From Ignavibacteriota bacterium (GTDB lineage Bacteria > Bacteroidota > Ignavibacteria > UBA10030), in NCBI GenBank assembly GCA_963727825.1, contig CAVSHO010000011.1, positions 352,001 through 416,000 on the forward strand: a DNA stretch of 64,000 bases, given 5' to 3'. The position numbers and the translations under genes are program-made. The notes under the pieces were generated by a model. It saw only the letters and a list, made by a program, of their open reading frames with translations. It was not told where the DNA came from and made no database searches. Positions 31,306 through 40,945 of the stretch are shown in pieces. The number at the start of each line of letters is the position of its first letter. Within the stretch, counting starts at the first letter, position 1.

Positions 31306-32691
31306 ATGTCAATCCTCATTAAAGATGGACTTATAGTTACGACAGACGGCGTAATAAATGTAGATATTTTTATCGAAAACGAGACAATCAAACGAATCGA
31401 ACCGCATCTTGATATAAACACAAATAGAATCATCGACGCATCTGGAAAATTTGTCATTCCTGGGGGCATTGATGTTCATACACACATGAGCCTGCCTATG
31501 GGTAAGACTATTTCGAGTGATGACTTTGAAACCGGAACTCGTGCAGCAGCTTTTGGCGGCACAACAACTATCATAGACTTCGCCCAACAATCAAAAGGAC
31601 ACTCACTTAATGAAGCCCTCGAATCCCGGCTGAAACAAGCAGCAAAATCTGTAATCGATTATGGTTTGCATATGATAATCGTTGACTTACCGGAACGAGG
31701 AGTTGTGGAGATGGATGAAATGATGAAGAAAGGCGTGACGAGTTTCAAACTCTTCACCGCGTATCCAGATCGATTGATGGTGGATGATAATACTATTTTT
31801 AGAATACTACGACAGGCAAAAACAAATGGCGGACTTGTTTGTGTACATGCAGAAGACTCAACAATGATCGAAGCACTCGTCGGGAAGGCATTGATGGAAG
31901 GGAAAACAGAGCCAAAGTATCATGCTGCAACACGCCCGGCCAAGGCAGAGGCAAATGCTGTAAAACGTGTCATCGAACTGGCGCAGCAAGCCGATGCGCC
32001 AGTGTATTTTGTTCACATCTCGTGCTTGGATTCACTTGAATATATCCGGCAGGCACAATCCAAAGGTCAGCTGGTTTATGCGGAAACATGCCCGCAATAT
32101 CTTTTCACATCGATAGAGGATTTAGACAGACCGAATTTTGAAGGTGCAAAATATGTTTTCACTCCGCCGCCAAGAGAAAAATGGGATCAGGAAAAACTTT
32201 GGGATGGATTGCAAAACAATTCATTGCAAGTCGTTTCAACCGATCATTGTCCATTTAACTTTCGAGGAGATAAAGAACTGGGACGCAACGATTTTACAAA
32301 AATCCCAAATGGCGCTCCGGGAATCGAAAACAGATTACAGCTTCTTTATTATTTCGGCGTGGCAAGTGGGAAGATTTCAATAAATCGTTGGGTCGAAATT
32401 GTATCAACAGCGCCCGCAAAGCTCTTCGGTCTTTATCCTAAAAAAGGAGCCATAGCCATTGGCAGCGATGCGGATATTGTAATTTGGAATCCTCTAACTG
32501 AGCACATTATTTCTGCATCAACGCATCATATGAACGTAGATTATTCATTATATGAAGGATGGCAAATGAAAGGCTTGGCAGAATTAGTTATTTCGCGCGG
32601 GGATATTATAATTGAAAACGGTAAATGGAATGGAAATCCAAACAGAGGAAAGTTTTGCGCCCGGGAAAAAGTTCGATACGGTTCCTTTTAA
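31306..32691 (+). CDS. hydA: Dihydropyrimidinase / D-hydantoinase
   Basis: PGGIDVHTH, AAFGGTTTIIDF, SFKLF, ETCPQYL, STDHCPF, KIPNG. Confidence 0.92.
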   Translation: MSILIKDGLIVTTDGVINVDIFIENETIKRIEPHLDINTNRIIDASGKFVIPGGIDVHTHMSLPMGKTISSDDFETGTRAAAFGGTTTIIDFAQQSKGHSLNEALESRLKQAAKSVIDYGLHMIIVDLPERGVVEMDEMMKKGVTSFKLFTAYPDRLMVDDNTIFRILRQAKTNGGLVCVHAEDSTMIEALVGKALMEGKTEPKYHAATRPAKAEANAVKRVIELAQQADAPVYFVHISCLDSLEYIRQAQSKGQLVYAETCPQYLFTSIEDLDRPNFEGAKYVFTPPPREKWDQEKLWDGLQNNSLQVVSTDHCPFNFRGDKELGRNDFTKIPNGAPGIENRLQLLYYFGVASGKISINRWVEIVSTAPAKLFGLYPKKGAIAIGSDADIVIWNPLTEHIISASTHHMNVDYSLYEGWQMKGLAELVISRGDIIIENGKWNGNPNRGKFCAREKVRYGSF

Positions 32692-32746
32692 AGGAAGGAT
32701 AGATCAAGCCTGAGATTTCCTTTATACCTGCCTTTAATCTTTAAAA

Positions 32747-34264
32747 TTACCGTTGCAAAGTGTCTCTCACCATATCTGTAATACGGCGAAAGTCAATCTT
32801 GCCGCTGCCCATCTTAGGCAATTCATCGAAGACTACAAAATTTTTCGGCAAGGCAATATTCGGCAATTGCTCTGCCATCTTTTTTAGAATTGCTTTCTCA
32901 TCAATTTTCCGTGTAATAGCGACAACAATTTTAGCCCCACGTACAGAGTCCGGAACTTCAACTACACAGCATGCAACATCATCAGGAAGTAAATGCTCCA
33001 GTACATTTTCCACACGAATGAGTGAAACCATTTCACCGCCAATTTTCATAAACCGTTTTAATCTCCCAACATGCCAGAGATATCCATCTGCATCATGATA
33101 ACCCATATCGCCTGTGTCATACCAGCCATGTCGGATGCTCAGCGCTGTAGCTTCAAAATCATCAAAATAACCCTTCATAATGCTATCACCTTTTACAAGG
33201 ATTTTACCAATTTCGCCGATAGCACATTCCTCGCCGGTTTCATAATTCTCAACACGGACTTTCACATTAGGCAATGGCAATCCGACGCTTCCAGGCCGAT
33301 TTGCCGTTGGTGTATTGACACTGATTGCAGGACTCGTCTCTGTACAACCATACCCTTCTAGTAGATTGATATTATGCTTGTGAAGGAATTCCTGACGCAA
33401 AGAATCCGGCGTTTTATCAGCGCCAGCCAACATAATACGACACGATGCAAAATCGCCCGGTTCAGACTTGCGCAGATATCCCCACATGAAAATTGGCGTG
33501 CCGACCACAAAAGTAATTTTCTCTTCGCGTATTATATTGCAAATAACTTTAAAATCAAGCGGGTTGGCATAGGTGACAATTGTCATTCCATAATACAGTG
33601 GGAGCCATAAATTTGCCGTCTGTCCAAACACATGGAAAAGTGGTAAATTGGCAAGGAATATATCATCAGAAGTAAATTCAAAGACTTTGATGAGTCCATC
33701 GACATTAGCAGCAATATTTCGATGCGTTAGTTGAACTGCTTTGGGATCTTTCTCGCTTCCGCTTGTGAAGAGAATAACAGCGTTATCATCCTCATCACCG
33801 GGACAAATTTTTCTCAGCAGGCGTTCAATGGGGAGCTTTGCCCTCAATGCTGCTTTGATCTTATCAAGGATTGAAATATGCACCATAATATCCTCTATGA
33901 AGATCATTCCCTGCACGCGCGGACAATTAATCTTTTCGACGAGCGCTTTTGAAGCAATGATAGTTTTAAAGGCACATTTTTTCTGAGCATACTCGCAATT
34001 TTGTGCGGCACCGGTGGAATAATTAATCATCACAGGAGTCCGTCCGCTCATCAATGCACCGAGAATAGAAAGAGCGCATCCGGCAGAAGTTGGAATCATA
34101 ATACCGATGAAACCCTCATCGTATTTTTTAAATTTATCTGCTAATATCAACGATGCAATGAGCGCTTTCCCATAGCTGACATTCTGACTAGTTGTGCGGT
34201 CGATAATTGCTATCTTGTTCTCAAATTGTTTAGCGATATGGACGAAGTGATGATGAAGAAGCAT
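32747..34264 (-). CDS. AMP-binding acyl-ACP synthetase-like protein (Aas C-terminal type)
   Basis: LFTSGSEKDPK, EGYGCTE, WYDTGD, GRLKRFMKIGGEMVSL, PKMGSGK. Confidence 0.85.
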   Translation of the reverse strand: MLLHHHFVHIAKQFENKIAIIDRTTSQNVSYGKALIASLILADKFKKYDEGFIGIMIPTSAGCALSILGALMSGRTPVMINYSTGAAQNCEYAQKKCAFKTIIASKALVEKINCPRVQGMIFIEDIMVHISILDKIKAALRAKLPIERLLRKICPGDEDDNAVILFTSGSEKDPKAVQLTHRNIAANVDGLIKVFEFTSDDIFLANLPLFHVFGQTANLWLPLYYGMTIVTYANPLDFKVICNIIREEKITFVVGTPIFMWGYLRKSEPGDFASCRIMLAGADKTPDSLRQEFLHKHNINLLEGYGCTETSPAISVNTPTANRPGSVGLPLPNVKVRVENYETGEECAIGEIGKILVKGDSIMKGYFDDFEATALSIRHGWYDTGDMGYHDADGYLWHVGRLKRFMKIGGEMVSLIRVENVLEHLLPDDVACCVVEVPDSVRGAKIVVAITRKIDEKAILKKMAEQLPNIALPKNFVVFDELPKMGSGKIDFRRITDMVRDTLQR

Positions 34265-34331
34265 TTATTTTCCTTTTAGAAGATTTTGTTTTCTTAGGGT
34301 ACTTTGCGAATACTTTTGCTTAGGTACAACT

Positions 34332-35088
34332 TTATACAAGCTTCGCTCGCAGAAATTCTCGATTCAATCGAGCAATATGCATTACTAATATTCCTTTCGG
34401 ACACTCGGCTTCGCAAGCATAATTATTCGAACAATTGCCGAATCCTTCCTTATCCATTTGCATTACCATTTTCTGAACGCGTTCTTTTCTTTCAATCTTG
34501 CCCTTGCGGAAGTAATGCAAATTGTGAAACCTTGGCAGCTACAAAAAGCATTGCAGAAGAATTTGGACACGCTGCAATGCATGCGCCACATCCGATGCAC
34601 GCTGCTGCATCCATCGCTTCTTCCGCATTCGCTTTCGGCACAGGAGTTGAATTCGCATCCGGTGCACCGCCGGTTCTTGCCGAAATAAATCCACCCGCTT
34701 GCATAATTCTATCCAATGCAGTTCGATCGACAACCAAATCTTTAATTACGGGGAACGGCTGCGCACGCCAAGGTTCTACAGTCAGGCTTTGCCCATCATC
34801 GAATGTCCGCATCCGCACATCGCACGTAGCTTGCTTGCGGCCTGGACCATGCGCACGCCCGTTGATCATGAGTCCACAGCTGCCGCATATACCTTCGCGG
34901 CAATCGTGATCGAAGGCAATAGGATCTTTATCTTGAAGTACTAATTGATTGTTCAACACATCCAGCATTTCTAAAAATGATGCATCAGGCGAAATATTCT
35001 CCACTTCGTACTTTTCAAAACGCCCTGCATCCTTTTGATTCTTCTGACGCCATATTTTTAATGTAAAATGCATGTCGTTATTCCTCAT
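34332..35088 (-). CDS. sdhB: Succinate dehydrogenase/fumarate reductase Fe-S subunit; +1 frameshift near 34501 (probable sequencing error)
   Basis: [26 protein letters not shown]. The second frame carries [17 protein letters not shown]. An extra G in CAAGGGC explains the break. Confidence 0.9.
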
Positions 35089-35151
35089 CCTTATCTCGAC
35101 AATACCATGGATTACCTTTGAATTCTGTTCTCGTCACCATCTTTTATTTCT

Positions 35152-35182
35152 GTCCCCCTCCAAGGGGGACTACAGGGGGTCC
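35152..35182. repeat. REP-like hairpin at the 3' end of the DUF559 gene
   Basis: GTCCCCCT-cca-AGGGGGAC followed by TACAGGGGGTCC. Confidence 0.8.
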
Positions 35183-35562
35183 AAAGACTTGCCTGTTCGT
35201 ACTTTCACGTGTTCAAAGATATCCTGCATTACTCCATCTTCATTTTCAAAGATCTCATAATTAGAATATCGAATTACTTCACAACCAATTTTTCGCAAGT
35301 ATTCGTCCCTTTTAATATCACTTTGTGTCCCTCTGTTCGTATAGTGCTGACTTCCATCAAGTTCAATAATCAATTTCGCTTTTGCACAATAAAAGTCGAC
35401 AACATAACAACCGAAAGGAACTTGGCGACGAAATTTTACATCAAGTTGATGTCCTCTTAACAGAGACCATAATTTTCTTTCAGCATCAATCATTTGTTTT
35501 CGAAGCACTCTTGCAATTGGTACTAACGACTTAGAATATTGTGCAAGATGTTTCTTCATCAA
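35170..35562 (-). CDS. DUF559 (Vsr-like) endonuclease-domain protein
   Basis: ARVLRKQM.DAERKLW, KFRRQVP, YVVDFYC, IIELDGSQH, D.KRDEYL. Confidence 0.9.
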   Translation of the reverse strand: MMKKHLAQYSKSLVPIARVLRKQMIDAERKLWSLLRGHQLDVKFRRQVPFGCYVVDFYCAKAKLIIELDGSQHYTNRGTQSDIKRDEYLRKIGCEVIRYSNYEIFENEDGVMQDIFEHVKVRTGKSLDPL

Positions 35563-35566
35563 TTAC

Positions 35567-35600
35567 GACCTCACCCTATCCCTCTCCTTAGAGGAGAGGG
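35567..35600. repeat. REP-like hairpin at the 5' end of the DUF559 gene, inverted relative to the 35152 copy
   Basis: GACCTCACCCTAT followed by CCCTCTCCT-tag-AGGAGAGGG. Confidence 0.8.
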
Positions 35601-35625
35601 AATTGGATTTCAATATTTTAAATCC

Positions 35626-37545
35626 TCATTTATAACTCCGTTCAGAGGGTTTCACATATTCAAACGTGAGCGGTTCTTTATTGAGCTTAGGTTTCTTGTC
35701 AGCACCGGTATATTCCCACGCCGCCACATATGTAAATTTTTTATCATTGCGTAATGCTTCGCCTTCAGGTGTTTGATATTCTTCACGAAAGTGACCGCCG
35801 CATGATTCTTCCCGGTGTAGTGCGTCGAATGCCAGCAATTCTGCAAGTTCTAAAAAATCTGCAATACGCCCGGCCTTTTCTAATTCGATGTTAATATTAT
35901 CAGTCTCGCCGACAACTTTTGCATCACTCCAAAATTCTTTCCGTATTTCCGGAATTAGCTTTAACGCTTTCTTCAATCCTTTTTCGTTGCGTTCCATCCC
36001 GACAAAATCCCACATTACTTTGCCGAGTTTTTTATGAATTTCGCTCACAGGTTGTTTGCCATTGATAGCAAGAAGTTTACTCACTCTTTCAGCAACATCC
36101 ATCGTCACTTGCTTAAATTCCGGATGATCGGTTGCAAGAGAATTAAATTTCGTCTTTGCGAGATAATCTCCAATCGTGTACGGAAGGATGAAATAACCAT
36201 CGGCTAATCCTTGCATTAACGCACTGGCTCCAAGCCGGTTCGCGCCGTGATCAGAGAAGTTCGCTTCACCGATAACAAATAATCCTGGAATCGAGCTCAT
36301 CAAATTGTAGTCAACCCACAATCCGCCCATCGTATAGTGAACAGCGGGATAGATACGCATAGGGACAGCATAAGGATCTTCGTCAGTGATTTCGTGATAC
36401 ATATCAAAAAGGTTGCCGTATTTTTCTTCAATCCATTGTTTGCCATTTCGATTAATTGCTTCAGTGAAATCAAGATATACCGCCATCTTCGTTTTACCCA
36501 CGCCAAGACCTTTATCACATATTTCTTTTGCACGGCGCGAGGCTACGTCCCGCGGAACCAAATTGCCAAATGATGGATAGAGACGTTCGAGGTAATAGTC
36601 ACGTTCATTTTCCGGAATTTGAGATGGTATGCGCACATCACCTGATTTCTTCGGAACCCAAATGCGTCCATCATTGCGCAGGCTTTCGCTCATAAGCGTT
36701 AATTTGGATTGATAATCGCCGCTTACTGGAATGCAAGTCGGATGAATTTGTGTAAAGCAAGGATTTGCGAAGAGTGCGCCCTTCTTGTATGCTCGCCAGA
36801 TTGCAGTAGCATTACTCGCTTTTGCCATTGTCGAAAGATAAAAAGTGTTGCCATAACCGCCTGTCGCAAGCACAACTGCATCTGCAACGTAAGATTCGAT
36901 TGCACCTGTCTTTAAATTTCGACATACGATGCCGCGTGCCATTCCATCTACCACTACCAAATCCAACATCTCGCGCCGATCATAAAACTTTACACTACCC
37001 GCACTAATTTGACGGCTCAATGCAGAATATGCGCCAAGTAAAAGCTGCTGTCCGGTTTGGCCGCGAGCATAAAATGTTCTTGATACTTGAGCGCCGCCGA
37101 ATGAACGCGTGTCCAAATAACCTGCATAGTCACGGGCAAACGGAACACCTTGGGCAACGCATTGGTCTATAATACTGCCGCTCACCTCAGCGAGCCGGTA
37201 TACATTTGCTTCACGCGATCTGTAATCGCCGCCCTTTAATGTATCATAGAATAAACGATAGACACTGTCGCCATCGTTCGCATAATTCTTCGGTGCATTG
37301 ATGCCGCCTTGCGCTGCAATGCTGTGTGCCCGTCGTGGTGATTCGTGATATGAGAAAGTAAGCACTTGATAACCAAGCTCGGCAAGTGAAGCCGCCGCTG
37401 AAGCACCTGCCAAACCAGTTCCTACCACAATGATAGAATATTTTCGCCTGTTCGACGGATTAACCAGCTTCATATTGAAGCGATGATTGGACCATTTCTT
37501 TTCAATCGACCCGCTGGGAATTTTGGAATCAAGTGTCATAGTCAA
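35626..37545 (-). CDS. sdhA: Succinate dehydrogenase/fumarate reductase flavoprotein
   Basis: [59 protein letters not shown]. Confidence 0.95.
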   Translation of the reverse strand: MTMTLDSKIPSGSIEKKWSNHRFNMKLVNPSNRRKYSIIVVGTGLAGASAAASLAELGYQVLTFSYHESPRRAHSIAAQGGINAPKNYANDGDSVYRLFYDTLKGGDYRSREANVYRLAEVSGSIIDQCVAQGVPFARDYAGYLDTRSFGGAQVSRTFYARGQTGQQLLLGAYSALSRQISAGSVKFYDRREMLDLVVVDGMARGIVCRNLKTGAIESYVADAVVLATGGYGNTFYLSTMAKASNATAIWRAYKKGALFANPCFTQIHPTCIPVSGDYQSKLTLMSESLRNDGRIWVPKKSGDVRIPSQIPENERDYYLERLYPSFGNLVPRDVASRRAKEICDKGLGVGKTKMAVYLDFTEAINRNGKQWIEEKYGNLFDMYHEITDEDPYAVPMRIYPAVHYTMGGLWVDYNLMSSIPGLFVIGEANFSDHGANRLGASALMQGLADGYFILPYTIGDYLAKTKFNSLATDHPEFKQVTMDVAERVSKLLAINGKQPVSEIHKKLGKVMWDFVGMERNEKGLKKALKLIPEIRKEFWSDAKVVGETDNINIELEKAGRIADFLELAELLAFDALHREESCGGHFREEYQTPEGEALRNDKKFTYVAAWEYTGADKKPKLNKEPLTFEYVKPSERSYK

Positions 37546-38255
37546 TGAACTCCCATTATCACGGTAGATACAGCTTGATGATAAAAAAAGAAATAAACAG
37601 GAATTATCGCATAGCCTAACGGAATCAGGAACCAGAATATGAATGCCAGCATATCAAGAAACGGAGCATAGGTTTTATTCCGAAGCCCCAGCGTTTGAAA
37701 TGCCGATTGAAATCCATGCCGCAGATGATAACCGAGCACTAGCAAAGCAACAAGATAAAATGCATCGTACCAAGGATTTGAAAACGCTTGCACAACTAAT
37801 TCATAATTCGAGACTTTCCCTGAACCAAATCGAGAGGGGATAAAAAATGATTTCAGATGGATGTAGAGAAAAATGGCGATTATACTTCCCGTCCAGATTG
37901 TTATTCGGGATGCAAACGTTGCGTTATCTTTCAATCGGAAAAATTTATATTTGATAGGCCGCGTCATCCGGTTTTTAAACCAAAGAATAACACCAAGGAT
38001 AGCATGGCCGAACACACCAAGGAAGAGAAATATTTCTATGAAACGAATGACAGGATTGGAAACGAGAAAATCACCGTACGCTTCATACATTTTTCCGCCA
38101 TCATTCACAAACAGAAGAAGATTGCCGACGAGGTGCTCCACGAGAAAGACAATGAGAAACAATCCTGTAAGACTCATCAAAACTTTCTTGCCGATAGACG
38201 AGTAATAGAATTCAAGGACACTGTTCATAGATGGTGGCTCTGTGTGATTAGACAA
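37542..38255 (-). CDS. sdhC: Succinate dehydrogenase cytochrome b subunit (b558 family)
   Basis: [13 protein letters not shown], heme-ligand His residues in TM helices, [14 protein letters not shown]; upstream of sdhA. Confidence 0.9.
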   Translation of the reverse strand: MSNHTEPPSMNSVLEFYYSSIGKKVLMSLTGLFLIVFLVEHLVGNLLLFVNDGGKMYEAYGDFLVSNPVIRFIEIFLFLGVFGHAILGVILWFKNRMTRPIKYKFFRLKDNATFASRITIWTGSIIAIFLYIHLKSFFIPSRFGSGKVSNYELVVQAFSNPWYDAFYLVALLVLGYHLRHGFQSAFQTLGLRNKTYAPFLDMLAFIFWFLIPLGYAIIPVYFFFYHQAVSTVIMGVH

Positions 38256-38495
38256 CAGTTACATTGAGCAAGTTATTAATTCATATTTGCCTATTGAGAA
38301 TAAATCGACTCTTGTGAGTGTAGGGAAGATTTTTGGAAAATGCAACGGAATGGAAATGAATAGTGATCACTTCATACTTATCGACAAATTGATAAATTGC
38401 TGCATCTATTTGTCTATTTATAATGGCAAACGAATACGGCAAATTTGCCATTTATTCTGATGTATTGTCGCGCACTATCTCCGAAATGATGATCG

Positions 38496-38810
38496 ACATT
38501 GTCGGAAAACCATCGGACATTGATGCGAAGTTGTTGGACATTGACCCAGAGTCACCAGACATCGATGCGAAGCTACCTGACGATGCTGCGGAGTAGTTTG
38601 ACAACCACGCGGAGTACTATGACAAAGAAGGAATGTCAGGTGAAAATGACGCGAAGTCAGTTTGGCTTGTCGCGGAGTAGTCTAACGATGTCGCGAAGCA
38701 GTTTGACGATCATGCGAAGCAGTTCGTCGCTATCGCGGAATAGTTTGGCAATACTGCGGAGTTGTTTGACGATGTTGCGGAGCAATTCGACGAGAAAGAA
38801 ATGCCGAATA
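38496..38810 (+). repeat. Degenerate 21-nt tandem array (about 15 units); + frame ORF 38499-38843 reads as T-x-x-R-S-x-L heptads
   Basis: Units such as ACATTGATGCGAAGTTGTTGG, ACGATGCTGCGGAGTAGTTTG and ACGATGTCGCGAAGCAGTTTG in exact 21-nt register. Confidence 0.8.
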
Positions 38811-38880
38811 CAGCAAGAAAACGGCTATTTACGTAATCAGTAAAGATTTTTCTCTTTAAGAATATTCAATTGAGCATCAC

Positions 38881-38957
38881 TCCCGCTTGAAGAACAGCGG
38901 GATTTCTCCGCTACAAAAATGGCGGACAAGTACTCAAATGACTTCGTCATTTGAGTA
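38881..38957. repeat. Cluster of three palindromes at the 3' boundary of the secreted-protein island
   Basis: TCCCGCT..AGCGGGA (38881-38902), TCCGCT..GGCGGA (38907-38926), TACTCAAATGAC-ttc-GTCATTTGAGTA (38931-38957). Confidence 0.7.
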
Positions 38958-39597
38958 TCACCATTTTCTTCTGGAAGACGTTGTGATTGTTTTGATCATC
39001 CGTAGCTATGAGCCGGTAGATGTACATTCCACTTGCTAATCGTCCTGCGTTGAACGTCTTTTGATAGTAACCAGCAGGCTGAGATTCATCGGCAAGCGTC
39101 ATCACTTCACGACCCAGAATATCATAGATCTTCAAACTCACACGGCTATCTTTAGCTAACTCGTAGCTAATAATGGTAGTAGGATTGAACGGATTTGGAT
39201 AATTCTGATATAATGTATATGTTTGCGGTGCTGCAACTTTGATCGTGATATTCTTCGTCCACGTTTGCCCGTTAGCAGTGATTGAAAATGCGAGCGTCTG
39301 TGCTTTTCCTACCGGTGCTGATTTATCGACAGCAAAGGAAAACGTCGTCGCTTGTTCTGCATTTGCTGTGAGACTCTTGATCGTTTGTTGGGTGGTATCG
39401 AACTTCACCCAGCTTGGCGTATTGCCCACGGTAACACTTACAACCTGCGTTGCAATCTTAGATGTATTTGCAACCGTCAGTTCTATAGTATTGCCTTTTG
39501 ATGCAAACGGAATAGTATAAGTGCTATCAGTTTGAGCTGCGGCAATGTTTGCACAAAGGAACAATATTACACATAGTTTTTTCATATTTTTCCCCAT
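38947..39597 (-). CDS. Small secreted protein: one Ig-like domain plus T9SS type A C-terminal sorting domain
   Basis: Signal peptide ending AAAQ; LYQNYPNPFNPTTII.Y..VSLKIYDILGREV..LASGMYIYRL..KKMVILK. Confidence 0.85.
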   Translation of the reverse strand: MGKNMKKLCVILFLCANIAAAQTDSTYTIPFASKGNTIELTVANTSKIATQVVSVTVGNTPSWVKFDTTQQTIKSLTANAEQATTFSFAVDKSAPVGKAQTLAFSITANGQTWTKNITIKVAAPQTYTLYQNYPNPFNPTTIISYELAKDSRVSLKIYDILGREVMTLADESQPAGYYQKTFNAGRLASGMYIYRLIATDDQNNHNVFQKKMVILK

Positions 39598-39603
39598 TTC
39601 GAT

Positions 39604-40945
39604 TTACTGAACCGGCAGTGTAATTGCTACTAAAGGATTAATGGAAACATCCTGTGTCACTGATTGCTGCTTTGTTCCATACACTGCACGGAACTGTATC
39701 TTTACAGGCAGTAATTCTATTGTCACAATACCGTTTATAGTTATACCTATTACTTTCCATCCACCTGCATTGTAACTTACAGTAGCATTATTCAATGGAC
39801 TACCAGATGAGTTGGTTACACTAACTGTACACAATACCGTTGAAAAGTTAATTGTAGCACTGGAATCCACATTCTGCGCTATACTGACAGAAGAACCATT
39901 ATAGGTCAGCTTGAATGTGTATTTCACAGGAAGTAGTTCTTTTGAAATAACACCATTTAACGTGCTTCCAAAATCTTTCCATCCTCCTGAGTTAAACTGC
40001 ACTATTCCGGTATCAATCGGATTTCCTTTGCTATTGTTGAATTGCACCAACGCTTTCACCGTTTGGAATATGACCGTTGCATTGGAATCGATGCTTTGTG
40101 CTTTACTGACTGTGGCGCCGTCATACGTTACACGGAACGTATACTTAGTTGGAAGCAGTTCTTTTGTTGTAATACCATTCGATGTTGTTCCGAAACTTCT
40201 CCATCCTCCAGAGTTATACTCCACGATTCCCGTGTCCAATAGAGCACCTGTGCTTGTTTGCAGTTGAACAATTGCAGGTATTGTGTGAAATACTACCGTT
40301 AAACTGGAATCAATGCTTTGCGCTTTGCTGATTGTTGCACCATTATACGCTATACGGAATGTATATTTTGTTGGAAGAAGTTCTTTCGTAACAACACCGT
40401 TCAAAGTCGTTCCAAAGTTTTTCCAACCGCCAGCATCAAATTGCACAACACCAGTATCTAAAGGAGTGCCAGTGCTTGTTTGTAGTTGCACATTCGCAGG
40501 AACTGTTTGGAATACAACCGTTGCATTTGAGTCGATGTTCTGCGTTTTGCTGACTGTAGGGCCGTTATATGTCAAGCGAAATGTATATTTTATCGGAAGC
40601 AGTTCTTTTGTCACAACACCATTTAATGTTGTTCCAAAATCTTGCCACCCGCCGGCGTTGTATTGTACAATTCCTGTATCTAATTGATTGCCTTGACTAT
40701 TTTGCAGATTAACAGCGACATTTTTTGTTTGGAAGATAATTGTTGTGTCATTCTTAATCGTGACATTTGATTTTGTTTGTGTTCCGTATGCATACGTCAT
40801 CCGCAGTGAGAGTTTTTTCTTGGTTGTATTGATTGTAAACGTGCCGTCGTTGTTATTAGTGGCGTTTTCCCAAATACTATCGCGATATTGGAGCGTGCCA
40901 GTTGTAAGCAGAGAGCCAATACTCGATAGAAGTTTCACTGTGCAA
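39604..40945 (-). repeat. Intragenic ~222-nt tandem repeats (four well conserved, two divergent)
   Basis: Repeated peptide GGWxxFGTTLNGVVTKELLPxKYTFR. Confidence 0.85.

Noticed and set aside
16613-35088. Programmed frameshifting or true pseudogenes in the PLP enzyme, xdhA and sdhB
   Set aside because: No shared slippery motif; the same single-base indel pattern hits essential alaS five times, which favours sequencing error
38496-38810. CRISPR array or DGR template/variable repeats
   Set aside because: Units are contiguous and degenerate with no unique spacers; no cas or reverse transcriptase gene is in the window; no pair of repeats differing only at adenines was seen
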